NCBI GenBank assembly: GCA_035275545.1
Contig: DATEMP010000019.1
Coordinates: 2,538-66,537 of the forward strand
Direction of reading: 5' to 3'
DNA length: 64,000 bases
Origin: Candidatus Eiseniibacteriota bacterium
GTDB lineage: Bacteria; Eisenbacteria; RBG-16-71-46
In this document: piece by piece, positions 53,224 through 62,842 of the stretch
Position numbering within the stretch: position 1 is the first letter of the stretch
How the letters are laid out: each line of letters opens with the position of its first letter
Notes under the pieces: model-generated
Told to the model about the DNA's origin: nothing
The model's database searches: none
Seen by the model: the letters and a program-made list of their open reading frames with translations, nothing else
Made by a program: the position numbers and the translations under genes

Positions 53224-56184
53224 TTAGTGCAGCACGAGAATCTTGCCATGCGCTCGAGCGTCACCGCTCCGAAGATCTACGAAATAGAGCCCGGACGTGA
53301 TCTCACGGCCACTGCTGTCAACATGGCCCCACCGGACGGTGTGACGACCCTCGGCTATGACACCGTCGACAAGCGTTACGATCGTTCGTCCGGCGACATC
53401 GCGCACTCGCAGCGTCGCCTGGCCAGGGCGCTGCAACACAAATCGAATCTCGTGTGCTCCTCCGGCGGCGACCGGGATGACGGTCAGCGCACGGGACCGC
53501 CCCGACGGCTCACCCACGGCAACAATGATGGCCGGCGCCTCGCACGGGTCCGGGATGCCATTCGCATTCAGGTCATCCACGGTGCCATTCTCAATCTCTT
53601 CGCCGTCGTCCACACTATTGTCATTGCAGTCGAAGCGGAGTGAACTGATGGAGTCGTAGACGGCCTGCGTCATCTCATCAATGTCCTCTGTCGCGATAGC
53701 GGCAGGCACAGCGGCCGCCGCTGCCCCGAACGCCTCGCTCGGCGTGAACGATAGATTGCTCCAATCATCGTATGGACTCAGCGTTTGGCCGGGCGATGGG
53801 TTGGGAGTGATGGGGGCACCAAGAAAACTGATGTCGCGCTGGACGCCGACATCGTTGGCCGTTCCATCTCCATTCCAATCGACCGGGCCGCCCAGAGGCA
53901 CCAGCATCACCCAGTCACGAATCACGCCATGACGTGGCGGCCCGACCGGCACCACTCGTGCCGGATCCCCTCCAATGCCGGACAACTCGTCGAGGCCGGC
54001 TTCATTGAGGGCGTTTAGGTTCGTTCGCGAGAAGTCGAGCCTCCAGCTGTTGCGATAGTTCTGCATATCCCTGCCGCGGCCGGGCGCGGCGGCGGGCCAC
54101 TGCCACGTGTAGTTCATCACACTCACGTAGTTGGGCTTCGCGCGATTGTCGTCGTTGCCGCCATGTTGAAGGCCCAGAGAGTGGCCGAGCTCGTGCATGA
54201 AAGTCCCCGCACGCTTGTCAGAGTCCACGCCGCCGATGGGCCCGAGCGTGACGATAAAGTCGTCGCCCTCGCCTTCGCAGACGCCTGAGTATCCCGTGCT
54301 GAAATTGTCACCAAAGACGCAGTACCGGAATGCGAGGGCCCGGGCCCGCGCGATGTTGTCCCAATTGGGCGACGCTCGCTCCGCGGCTGTCCCAAACCAC
54401 GAAGTCTTGAGCGAATGAATCTGAGGCCAAGGCGGATTGGGCCACACTCCGGCCGGCAGATTCGCATCGCTCACGCAGGGGTCGCAGCCAGCACCCACAA
54501 TGTGGAGGTGAATGCCGGTTGTGCCGTCGGGATTCGAGACCGGGCTCTGGTCGAAAGAGCTGACGACACGCGCGAGGTCTGCGATTGCCGGGGGCCAGCC
54601 GGGTTGCGCGTCGACTTCGACATACACATCTTTGTGATTCGGGTTTGCGCCCGGAAGGGTGTACGGAGATCCGCCGGCTACGGGAATGCCCAGCACTTCC
54701 CATGAATCTGGGAGCCCATCACGGTCGCTGTCGCGCTCGACGGTTTGGGCATAGACATCGCCCGAAGCCGAACTGCGCGTGTCCTGCCACGTGATGATGG
54801 CTCCGCCGGAATTGTCTGAGACGCTCCAGATCTGCGTTTGATCGTTCACGGCGGTCGATACGGCTCGGCCGTTGGTTGGCATGCTCGGATCGATGACCCC
54901 TGCGCCTGATACGCGCAGCGCATAGATATCGGAACTTGCGCCACCGCGATAATCGGTCCATGCGACGATGAGCCCCCCTGCGCCATCCGAGATCGCATAT
55001 GGGGAGCGTTGGTCGTTGGTGGCGCTGCACACGGCCAGTCCGTTCGCGGGCCAACTACCTGCGATTTGACCTGAAGTCAGGATGTGCTGTGCATAGATGT
55101 CGTAGCTTGTTCCGCTGCGGCGATCCTCCCAGCAAATGAGCGCCCCCCCGGACCCGTCCGGGATGGGCCTGTCGCTGAACTGGTCTCCCGCAGCGGTGCA
55201 AAGCGCGCGACCGTCTGTTGGCCAACTTGGGTCGACGACGCCTGACGCAAGAACGCGCTGCGCGTACAGGTCCGTGTTGTTTGAGCCCGCGCGACGATCG
55301 TCCCACACCACGATGGCGCCGCCAGAGCCATCGGGCACCGGCCAACTCCCGAACTGCTGGCCCAACGCCCCGCAGACACGACGGCCCGCGACAGGCCACG
55401 ACGCATCCAATGCGCCGGTTGCGAGGACATGCTGCGCATAAACGTCCTGGTCGGTGCCACGGGAATCATCCCAAGAAACGATCAGCCCGCCCGCACCGTC
55501 GGAAGTGGGCCTGGGGTATGTCTGGTCGCCGGCTGTGACGCAGATGCCCTTTCCATTGGTGGTCCATGCAGCGTCCAGGCTGCCCGAATTGAGAACATGG
55601 TGACCGTAGATGTCATTGTTGCTCCCTCGGCGATCCTGCCAGAATACGAATACGCCTCCGGCCCCATCGGTGAGTGTCCTGGGAAGTTGTTGGTCACCTG
55701 TCGCGGTGCACACCGCGCGTCCGGTAGGCGGCCAGGCAGGATCCAGGACTCCCGATGACCGGATCCGCTGCGCGAAGATGTCGAACGTACCGGGCTGGCC
55801 ACTCTGCCAAATGACGATCGCGCCACCAGAGCCATCGGGCTCGATCCTCTGGTTGACTTGATAGCCAGGCACGACAGATACGGGAAGGCCATTCGCGGGC
55901 CATGCATTGTCGACCGTCCCCAAGCTTGTGATGTGCTGGGCGTAGAGGTCGCCAAAGAATGCGTCGTTGCGGTAGTCCACCCACACAACGATCGCACCGC
56001 CGGCCCCGTCGGATACGCTCCATGGCTCACTTCGTCCGCCCGCCACGGTGCATACAGGCAGATTGACGTTAGGATCTACCGGCCACGCCGCGCTTGTGGG
56101 ACTGTTCGCGGAGCACACGCCAAGCGATGCGGCCAGCAACACCAGGGCACTACGCCATCGCGAGGATCTGACCAAGTGGGTCAC
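53224..56184 (-). CDS. Large secreted metzincin metalloprotease with N-terminal tandem repeats of about 50 aa, acidic Ca-binding-like linkers and FlgD-Ig-like C-terminal domain
   Basis: The track ORF 53224..57564 is trimmed to the GTG at 56184 (or TTG at 56175), giving the signal peptide VTHLVRSSRWRSALVLLAASLGVCSA. The upstream 460 codons are an out-of-frame read of the RR-TrxR gene. HELGHSLGLQHGG at about 54158-54202. DSDRDGLPDSWE and DDLNANGIPDPCE segments. C-terminus is LRVRDVAGRTIVTL...GLYFVDL. Confidence 0.8.
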   Translation of the reverse strand: MTHLVRSSRWRSALVLLAASLGVCSANSPTSAAWPVDPNVNLPVCTVAGGRSEPWSVSDGAGGAIVVWVDYRNDAFFGDLYAQHITSLGTVDNAWPANGLPVSVVPGYQVNQRIEPDGSGGAIVIWQSGQPGTFDIFAQRIRSSGVLDPAWPPTGRAVCTATGDQQLPRTLTDGAGGVFVFWQDRRGSNNDIYGHHVLNSGSLDAAWTTNGKGICVTAGDQTYPRPTSDGAGGLIVSWDDSRGTDQDVYAQHVLATGALDASWPVAGRRVCGALGQQFGSWPVPDGSGGAIVVWDDRRAGSNNTDLYAQRVLASGVVDPSWPTDGRALCTAAGDQFSDRPIPDGSGGALICWEDRRSGTSYDIYAQHILTSGQIAGSWPANGLAVCSATNDQRSPYAISDGAGGLIVAWTDYRGGASSDIYALRVSGAGVIDPSMPTNGRAVSTAVNDQTQIWSVSDNSGGAIITWQDTRSSASGDVYAQTVERDSDRDGLPDSWEVLGIPVAGGSPYTLPGANPNHKDVYVEVDAQPGWPPAIADLARVVSSFDQSPVSNPDGTTGIHLHIVGAGCDPCVSDANLPAGVWPNPPWPQIHSLKTSWFGTAAERASPNWDNIARARALAFRYCVFGDNFSTGYSGVCEGEGDDFIVTLGPIGGVDSDKRAGTFMHELGHSLGLQHGGNDDNRAKPNYVSVMNYTWQWPAAAPGRGRDMQNYRNSWRLDFSRTNLNALNEAGLDELSGIGGDPARVVPVGPPRHGVIRDWVMLVPLGGPVDWNGDGTANDVGVQRDISFLGAPITPNPSPGQTLSPYDDWSNLSFTPSEAFGAAAAAVPAAIATEDIDEMTQAVYDSISSLRFDCNDNSVDDGEEIENGTVDDLNANGIPDPCEAPAIIVAVGEPSGRSRALTVIPVAAGGAHEIRFVLQRPGQATLRVRDVAGRTIVTLVDGVIAEGRHTVRWGHVDSSGREITSGLYFVDLRSGDARAHGKILVLH
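54745..56085 (-). repeat. About nine tandem coding repeats of about 50 aa in the protease N-terminal region
   Basis: Consensus by eye is D-x-x-W-P-x-N/T-G-x-x-V-C-x-A-x-G-D-Q-x(5-6)-S/P-D-G-x-G-G-x-I-V-x-W-x-D-x-R-x(4-6)-D-I/V-Y-A-Q-x-V-x-x-x-G. Confidence 0.75.
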
Positions 56185-56306
56185 GGGCGGCCTGCCAGTT
56201 GACCACGAGCAAACTTGGAACGAAGGGGGGTGAGCGGCAAGCTTACACCTGCGCAGTCTCGACAGAAACGCTGAAATCCACGAGGACGCGCGACCCGTGC
56301 TCCCCT

Positions 56307-57959
56307 CTATACCGTCTGCAAATACTTGTGCACCGAGTAGATCGCCGCCGAGCCCTCGCCCACCGCAGCGGCAATGCGACGATTGGCGCCTGAGCGCACG
56401 TCGCCCACCGCGAACACGCCCGGCACGCTGGTCTCGAACATGAGCGGATCGCGCTCGAGGGGCCAGGTGCCCTTGGTCCGCGGCAGGTCGAGGCCGGTGA
56501 GCACGAACCCCTTGTCGTCCAGCTCCACGAAGCCCTGGAACGACTCCGTGTGCGGCGCGGTGCCGATGAATACGAACATCGCGGCGACATCGAGCGAGCG
56601 CGTCTCGCCGTTGGCGATGTTGCGCACCCCCACCTTCTCGAGGTGGCCGTTGCCGCACGCCTCCACCACCTCGGCCTGGCCCAGCACCTCGATGTTCGTG
56701 ACCCCCTCGATCCGGTCGACGAGGTACTTGGACATCGCGGGCAGCAGCTGCGGCTTGCGCACCAGCATCGTCACCTTGCGCGCGTAGCGGGCGAAGAATA
56801 GAGCCCCCTGCCCCGCCGAGTTGGCGCCGCCTACCACCACCACGTCCTGCCCGCGGAACAGCGCGGCTTCCGACATCGCGGCCCCGTAGTAGATGCCGGA
56901 GCCGAGCAGCTGGGTCACGCCGGGCGCCTCCAGCTCGCGCACCGCCATGCCGGTGGCGAGCACCAGCGCGTGGCACGATACCTCGCTCCCGTTCGCCAGC
57001 GTCACGATCCGGTACGGATCCTCGCGCCTCAGCGCCTTGATCCCCTGGCCCACCATCATCTCGGCGCCGAAGCGCTTGGCCTGGGACGCGGCGCGCTGTG
57101 CGAGATCGGCGCCGGTGACGCCGCCCGGGAACCCGAGGTAGTTCTCGATGAACGAGCTGGTGCCGGCCTGGCCGCCGGGCGCGGACTTCTCGATCAGCAG
57201 CGTGCGCAGGCCCTCGGACGCGGCGTAGACGGCGCACGCGAGGCCCGACGGGCCGCCCCCGACGATGACGATGTCGTAGAACGGACGCTTGGCGAGAGCA
57301 CTCAAGCCCACCCTCTCCGCCAGCTCGGCGATCGCCGGATTGACCAGGGTCGTGCCGTCGGGGAACAGGATCACCGGGATCTTGGGCGGATCGCCGGAGA
57401 TCGACACCACCAGCGACCGCGTGGGCAGGTCGTGGTCGATGTCGACCCACTGGTAGGGCACCTGGTTGCGCGCCAGGAACTCGCGCGCGGCGTAGCTGTC
57501 CGGGCACCAGCGGGTGCCTGCGATGCGGATGCCGTCGAACGGCAGGCGCACGCGCCCGCTCCACCCGGCGAGCAGGTCGTCGAGCACCGGGTAGAGCCGC
57601 TCCTCGGGCGGATCCCAGGGCTTCCTCAGGTACTGATGGAGCCCGACGTCGTTGATCGCCGCGATCGCGGCGTCGGTGTCGGCGTAGGCGGTGAGCAGCG
57701 TGCGGATCGCTTCCGGGTAGAGCGGGCGCGCCTCGTGCAGGAACTCGATCCCGGTCATCACCGGCATGCGCTGATCGACCAGGAACAGCGCGATCGCGCT
57801 GCCGCGCTTCTGCATCTCGCGCACCACCTCGAGCGCCTCGGCGCCCGAGTTGGCGGCGATCACGCGGTAGCCCTCACGGTAGTGACGGCGGAGATCGCGC
57901 TCGACCGCCGCAAGTACCTCACGGTCGTCGTCGACCACCAGGATGACCGGCTTGGCCAC
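56307..57959 (-). CDS. Fused response-regulator receiver / thioredoxin-disulfide-reductase-like FAD oxidoreductase
   Basis: Trimmed to the GTG at 57959 (VAKPVILVVDDDREVL...FLVDQRMPVMTG, a REC domain). The C-terminal half has IVIVGGGPSGLACAVYAASEGL (FAD) and VVVVGGANSAGQGALF (NADPH) dinucleotide motifs plus GVFAVGDVR. Confidence 0.85.
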   Translation of the reverse strand: MAKPVILVVDDDREVLAAVERDLRRHYREGYRVIAANSGAEALEVVREMQKRGSAIALFLVDQRMPVMTGIEFLHEARPLYPEAIRTLLTAYADTDAAIAAINDVGLHQYLRKPWDPPEERLYPVLDDLLAGWSGRVRLPFDGIRIAGTRWCPDSYAAREFLARNQVPYQWVDIDHDLPTRSLVVSISGDPPKIPVILFPDGTTLVNPAIAELAERVGLSALAKRPFYDIVIVGGGPSGLACAVYAASEGLRTLLIEKSAPGGQAGTSSFIENYLGFPGGVTGADLAQRAASQAKRFGAEMMVGQGIKALRREDPYRIVTLANGSEVSCHALVLATGMAVRELEAPGVTQLLGSGIYYGAAMSEAALFRGQDVVVVGGANSAGQGALFFARYARKVTMLVRKPQLLPAMSKYLVDRIEGVTNIEVLGQAEVVEACGNGHLEKVGVRNIANGETRSLDVAAMFVFIGTAPHTESFQGFVELDDKGFVLTGLDLPRTKGTWPLERDPLMFETSVPGVFAVGDVRSGANRRIAAAVGEGSAAIYSVHKYLQTV

Positions 57960-57970
57960 GGGCGCTCGCT

Positions 57971-58267
57971 CTATCCGCTGCTCGGCGCGGTCTTCGAGTG
58001 GCGACGAATCGTCTCCTCGATGTCCGCGAGCTTGAACCGCGTCATCCGCACGATGTGAGCGTCCTTGCGGAACGCGGGCGGCACGATCCCGCGCGCCTCG
58101 TCCTTGTTCGCCACGTCGACGAACATGTAGGCGCTGTGGTCGCCGTCCATGCATCCCCAATCGGCGTTGGCCAGCAGGTGCGATCCGGTGGCGAGGAACA
58201 CCTGGACCACCTTGGCGCAGGCGAGCGTGTCGGGATCGTGGGGCACTGAGATCAGAAACTTGGGCAT
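57971..58267 (-). CDS. Small conserved-looking hypothetical protein within the two-component operon
   Basis: 98 aa (MPKFLISVPHDPDTLACAKVVQVFLATGSHLL...). It starts 26 nt downstream of the kinase stop and ends 11 nt upstream of the RR-TrxR start. Confidence 0.55.
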   Translation of the reverse strand: MPKFLISVPHDPDTLACAKVVQVFLATGSHLLANADWGCMDGDHSAYMFVDVANKDEARGIVPPAFRKDAHIVRMTRFKLADIEETIRRHSKTAPSSG

Positions 58268-58293
58268 CGATGTCCTCCTTCAGTCGCGGCGCG

Positions 58294-59679
58294 TCACGCC
58301 GCGGGCAGCGTCACACAGAACTCGGTGGACCCGGGGCGGGACGAGAATTCGATCTGGCCGTCGTGACCCATCACCAGTCGCTGGACGATGTCGAGCCCGA
58401 GCCCGGTGCCGTGGCCCTGCGGCTTGGTGGTGTAGAACGGCTCGAAGATCCGGTCCTTGATCTCCACCGGGATGCCGGGACCGTTGTCCTTGACCCGCAC
58501 CAGCACCTTGCCGTTCTTCTTCGAGGCATTCACCTCGACCCGGCCGGAGACGGGCGCGGCGTCGATCGCGTTGTCGATCAGGTTCTGCCACACCTGGTTC
58601 AGCTCGCCGCCGAAGCCGTCCACCTGAGGCAGCCCCTCTTCGACGTTCACCGCGATCTCCACCGACTTCGAGCGCGCCTTGCTCCCCAGCATCGCGATCG
58701 TGTCGACGAGTCCCTGCCCGATCGACACCGGCTTGCGCTCCTTCGACTGGTCCATGTAAGTGAAGCCCTTGATGGCGGCGACCAGCTTGTGCACCCGATC
58801 GGACGCGATCTCGACCTCGGCCGCGAGCCGGCGGGCGCGCAGGCTGGCGGAGATCGAGCGCAGCGCGAAACCGAGCGCTTCGGTCCCCACGTCCCGGGCG
58901 AGCGGCTCCAGCAGGTCGAGCGTCACGCCCGACTCGGCGAGCGTCTCCGCCAGCTCGGGCTCGAGCCGGTGCCCGGCGAGCCACGCCGCCACCTCGTCCT
59001 CACGGTCCGCGCGCTCGAGCGCGCTCAGCGGTCGCTGCTGGCCGGGCTCGCACACGTCGCGCATGCGCTTGATCGCCTTGAGCTGCTCGGTCGTGAGCTG
59101 CTGCGAGCCGAGCGCGAGCGAGGTCGCCTCGACGTCGATCAGGCGCGCGGCGAGCTCCTTGGAGCTGCGCGCCACCGCCGAGGCGGGATTGTTCAGCTCG
59201 TGCGCGAGCCCGGCGGAGAGCCGCCCGAGCGAGATCAGCTTCTCGTTCTGATAGTCCCCGGCGGTGAAGCGCCGCGCGCGGTCCAGCATGACGTGCACCA
59301 GGATCGCGGTCACTTCGTAGCACTGCTTGATCATCTCCGGGAAGTGCTCGGCCGGCACCATCAGGACTTCGGACGTCTCGTCCACCGTGGTGGTTCCGGG
59401 CGGCTTGGTCAGGCGTGAGTACGGCAGCAGGCCGGAAACGTCGCCGCCCGTCCATTCGATCATCGTGCGCGGGCCGCCCCCGCGGTCGACCCGGATCGTG
59501 ATGTGTCCGGAGAGCACCACGTAGAGCGAATTGATGGGGGCTTCAGGCGAGGCGACCACGTCGCCAGGCTCGAACCGGCGAATCGTGCCATGGTTGGCCA
59601 GCCATTCGAGCTGTTCACGCGGGACCGCGCCCAGCATGCGGTGCTTGGCGAGGCGTTCGACCAGTTCGGGGTTGGTCAT
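58294..59679 (-). CDS. Sensor histidine kinase with N-terminal cyclic-nucleotide-binding domain
   Basis: Trimmed to the ATG at 59679. cNMP-binding-like N-terminus (FEPGDVVASPEAPINSLYVVLSGHITI). HisKA H-box is LSAGLAHELNNPASAV. HATPase N and G boxes are QNLIDNAIDA, DNGPGIP and GTGLGL. Confidence 0.85.
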   Translation of the reverse strand: MTNPELVERLAKHRMLGAVPREQLEWLANHGTIRRFEPGDVVASPEAPINSLYVVLSGHITIRVDRGGGPRTMIEWTGGDVSGLLPYSRLTKPPGTTTVDETSEVLMVPAEHFPEMIKQCYEVTAILVHVMLDRARRFTAGDYQNEKLISLGRLSAGLAHELNNPASAVARSSKELAARLIDVEATSLALGSQQLTTEQLKAIKRMRDVCEPGQQRPLSALERADREDEVAAWLAGHRLEPELAETLAESGVTLDLLEPLARDVGTEALGFALRSISASLRARRLAAEVEIASDRVHKLVAAIKGFTYMDQSKERKPVSIGQGLVDTIAMLGSKARSKSVEIAVNVEEGLPQVDGFGGELNQVWQNLIDNAIDAAPVSGRVEVNASKKNGKVLVRVKDNGPGIPVEIKDRIFEPFYTTKPQGHGTGLGLDIVQRLVMGHDGQIEFSSRPGSTEFCVTLPAA

Positions 59680-60078
59680 GGCCGACAGCCTACCGCGAAA
59701 TGCGAAACCCCGCAGGTGGAGCACGCCACCCACGGGGCCCGCTGCCGCCGCGAGGCGAGGGGCACGTTTGGCCCTATCTCCCCACTGAGCGAGCTAGCAC
59801 GCAGCGTTCGGGGCGGTTCAGCCCATATAGAGCCCCGTTCCGTCACTTGCCGACAACGGCTCGTTCGCCATCGGCCCTACGCTACATGCCGCGGTCATCC
59901 GACCACAGTGGTCGCCTATCGGACCCTCGCGACAGCGCTGCGGGTGGGTTGCATGGCCCGGGCCAGCCTGGCGACGGCGGGGGCTCGCGGGCGCGACGCC
60001 GCGGCGGGAACGGTCTAGACCGCGGCTGTCCCGGGACGGTGAAGCCAGTTCTTACCGGTTGCGGTAGAATCTTCCGTC

Positions 60079-62796
60079 ATGAAACGACTTCTGGTGTTTG
60101 CCGCGGCTTTGGTCATGGTGGTCGGGATCGCCGCGCTGTCGCCGAGACTGAAGCCGGGTCTCGCGCCCTCGCGCGAGGCACCGATGTCGGTCGGCACCGA
60201 GGACGATCCCAACGCCCAGGCGGAGATGGAGTTCCTCATGCTCCGCGATCCGCGCACCAACGAGATCCCGCGCCGGATCCGGAAGCTGGAGATGCTGTTC
60301 GCGCGCAACCTCCCGACCCGGCGCGAGCTGAACAACCAGGCCCGGGCCCAGGGCGGACCGCCGCTCGAGATCCTGGAGTGGATCGAGCGCGGGCCGAACA
60401 ACGTGGGCGGGCGTACGCGGGCGTTCGCGATCGACGTGGCCAGCTCCACGACGCTGCTGGCGGGCAGCGTGGGGGGCGGCATCTGGAAGACCGTCAACGA
60501 CGGCGCCTCATGGTCGCTGCGCACCGCGCCGGCCCAGATCCACGGCACCACCTGCATCGCCCAGGACAAGCGCGCCGGCAAGACCAACGTGTGGTACGTG
60601 GGCACCGGCGAGATCCGCGGCTCGACCACCAACCAGACGCGCTGGGGATCGCTCTACCTGGGCGACGGCATCTTCAAGTCCACCAACAACGGCGACTCGT
60701 GGACGCTGCTGCCCTCGACCAGCACCGGCACCCCGCAGACCGCCGACCCGTTCGACTTCGTCATCAACGTCGCCACCTCCCCGACCGCGCCGATCGCCGA
60801 GGAGCACGTCTACGCCGCGACCTTCCGCGGCGTCTACCGCTCGATCAACGGCGGCGGGAGCTGGACGCTGGCCCAGCTGTCGGACTCGGGCTTCACCGAC
60901 GTGGCGGTCACCTCGACCGGCGTGGTGTACGCGTTCACGCGCGTGCCGCAGCCGCGCATCTGGCGCTCGCCGGACGGCGTCACCTGGACCAATATCCTGC
61001 CGGCGGCGGGCTTCCCCACTTCGGTCAACCGGATCGTGATCGCGCTCTGCCCGTCCAATCCCAACGCGGTCTACTTCTTCGCCCAGGGCGCCAACAACAC
61101 GCCGGCGGTGGCCACGCACCAGATCTGGAAGTACACGTACGTATCGGGGAACGGCTCGGGCGCGGGCGGCACCTGGGTCAATCGCGGCGGCAATCTGCCG
61201 AGCGACATCAACACCCAGACCGGGTACGACCAGCTGATCCAGGTCAAGCCGAACGACGAGAACTTCGTGATCATCGGCGGCACCAACCTCTACCGCTCGA
61301 CCAACGGCTTCGCGACCAACGCGACCAACACGGTCATCGGCGGCTATCCGTTCTACCCGGATGGTCTGTCCCATCCCGACTTCCATTCCGGGGCGTTCTC
61401 CCCTACGCAGCCCAACGTCTTCTACGCGGCCGATGACGGCGGGATCCAGAAGGCCGCCGACATCACGCTCACCGACATGCTGTGGACCTGGCTCAACAAC
61501 GGCTACAACGTCACCCAGTTCTACTCGGTCACGATCGCGCCCGAGGCGGGGAGCAACCTGATCATGGCCGGCGCCCAGGACAACGGCACCCAGCTCGGAG
61601 ACGCGCCGGGGGCGTCCGACTGGCTCCATGTGTTCGGCGGCGACGGCACGATCGTCAAGATCGCCCCGATCGCGGACGACCGGCTCTACACGCAGTACCA
61701 GGGCGGGCAGATGCAGCGGCAGACCCGCAGCTACGCGGACGTCATCTTCATCAACCCGTCCGGCGCCACGAACCAGTTGTTCGTGAACCCGATAGTGCTC
61801 GACCCGAACAACTCGCACCTCCTCTACTACGCGGGCGGGATCGCGGCGAACACCAGCCGGATCTGGCGCAACGACAACGCGCCGGAGGCCACCGACATCG
61901 ACGGGTGGAGCAACCTCGCCGCCACCGAGGTGGGCGCGGGCCTGGGATACAACCGCCAGATCACGGCGATCGGGATCTCGACCGCGGGGAATCCCAACGT
62001 GCTCTACTACGGCACAGGGGACGGCATGGTGTTCCGCGCCGACAACGCCCACACCGCGACCCCGACCGTCACCAACGTCACGCCGCCGGGGCTCAACGGC
62101 GGATCGATCACCGGCGGCTTCGTGCGCTGCATCGCGGTCGACCCCACCAACTCGAACCAGGCGATCGTGACGTTCGGGAACTACAACTTCCAGAGCATCT
62201 GGTACACGACCAACGGTGGCGCCAACTGGACCGACATCGAGGGCAACCTCGCCGGGCCGGCCGGCCCCTCGGTGCGCTGGGCGCAGATGTTCTACGTCGA
62301 CGGCCAGCTCCAGGTGTTCCTGGGCACCAGCATCGGCGTGCTCTCGACCACCGCGCTCGCCGGCGGCTCCACCGTGTGGGCGCAGGAAGCGACCGAGACC
62401 ATCGGCAACGTGATCGTGGGCTACATGGACTACCGCGACTCGGACCGCACGCTCGCGATCGGCACCCACGCGCGCGGCGTGTTCACCGGCACCTTCACCA
62501 CGCCGGTGGCGGTCGAGCCCACCGGCCGGCGCACGGGCGTGGCGCTCGCCCAGAGCGCGCCCAACCCCACGCAGCGCGAGGCCACGATCGCCTTCGACCT
62601 CGAGCGCCCGGGCCAGGTCTCGCTCAAGGTGTACGACGTGCACGGCCGTGAGGTCGCCACCCTGGTGAACGGCCATCGCGAGCGCGGCCGGCACCAGGAG
62701 CGCTTCACCGCCGGCCGCCTGGCGGGCGGCGTCTACTACTACGTGCTGCGCGCCTCCGGCGAGACCCTCACCCGCAAGCTGGTGCTCGCCAAATAG
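60079..62796 (+). CDS. Secreted BNR/Asp-box (sortilin/Vps10-like) repeat protein with FlgD-Ig-like C-terminal domain
   Basis: Signal/TM N-terminus. Asp-box motifs VNDGASWS, TNNGDSWT, INGGGSWT, SPDGVTWT and TNGGANWT. C-terminus is APNPTQREATIAFDL...VYDVHGREV...GVYYYVL. Confidence 0.85.
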   Translation: MKRLLVFAAALVMVVGIAALSPRLKPGLAPSREAPMSVGTEDDPNAQAEMEFLMLRDPRTNEIPRRIRKLEMLFARNLPTRRELNNQARAQGGPPLEILEWIERGPNNVGGRTRAFAIDVASSTTLLAGSVGGGIWKTVNDGASWSLRTAPAQIHGTTCIAQDKRAGKTNVWYVGTGEIRGSTTNQTRWGSLYLGDGIFKSTNNGDSWTLLPSTSTGTPQTADPFDFVINVATSPTAPIAEEHVYAATFRGVYRSINGGGSWTLAQLSDSGFTDVAVTSTGVVYAFTRVPQPRIWRSPDGVTWTNILPAAGFPTSVNRIVIALCPSNPNAVYFFAQGANNTPAVATHQIWKYTYVSGNGSGAGGTWVNRGGNLPSDINTQTGYDQLIQVKPNDENFVIIGGTNLYRSTNGFATNATNTVIGGYPFYPDGLSHPDFHSGAFSPTQPNVFYAADDGGIQKAADITLTDMLWTWLNNGYNVTQFYSVTIAPEAGSNLIMAGAQDNGTQLGDAPGASDWLHVFGGDGTIVKIAPIADDRLYTQYQGGQMQRQTRSYADVIFINPSGATNQLFVNPIVLDPNNSHLLYYAGGIAANTSRIWRNDNAPEATDIDGWSNLAATEVGAGLGYNRQITAIGISTAGNPNVLYYGTGDGMVFRADNAHTATPTVTNVTPPGLNGGSITGGFVRCIAVDPTNSNQAIVTFGNYNFQSIWYTTNGGANWTDIEGNLAGPAGPSVRWAQMFYVDGQLQVFLGTSIGVLSTTALAGGSTVWAQEATETIGNVIVGYMDYRDSDRTLAIGTHARGVFTGTFTTPVAVEPTGRRTGVALAQSAPNPTQREATIAFDLERPGQVSLKVYDVHGREVATLVNGHRERGRHQERFTAGRLAGGVYYYVLRASGETLTRKLVLAK

Positions 62797-62842
62797 AGAG
62801 GGGCGGGAGCGAACGCCCCCGCCCCCTGCGAGCGATCCGGGC

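Noticed and set aside
53224-57564. A single 1446-aa minus-strand ORF suggesting a giant fusion protein.
   Set aside because: The first roughly 460 codons (56185-57564) are an out-of-frame reading of the RR-TrxR gene (56307..57959) and are Arg/Gly/Pro-rich nonsense. A signal peptide begins at the GTG at 56184, so the real gene is 53224..56184.
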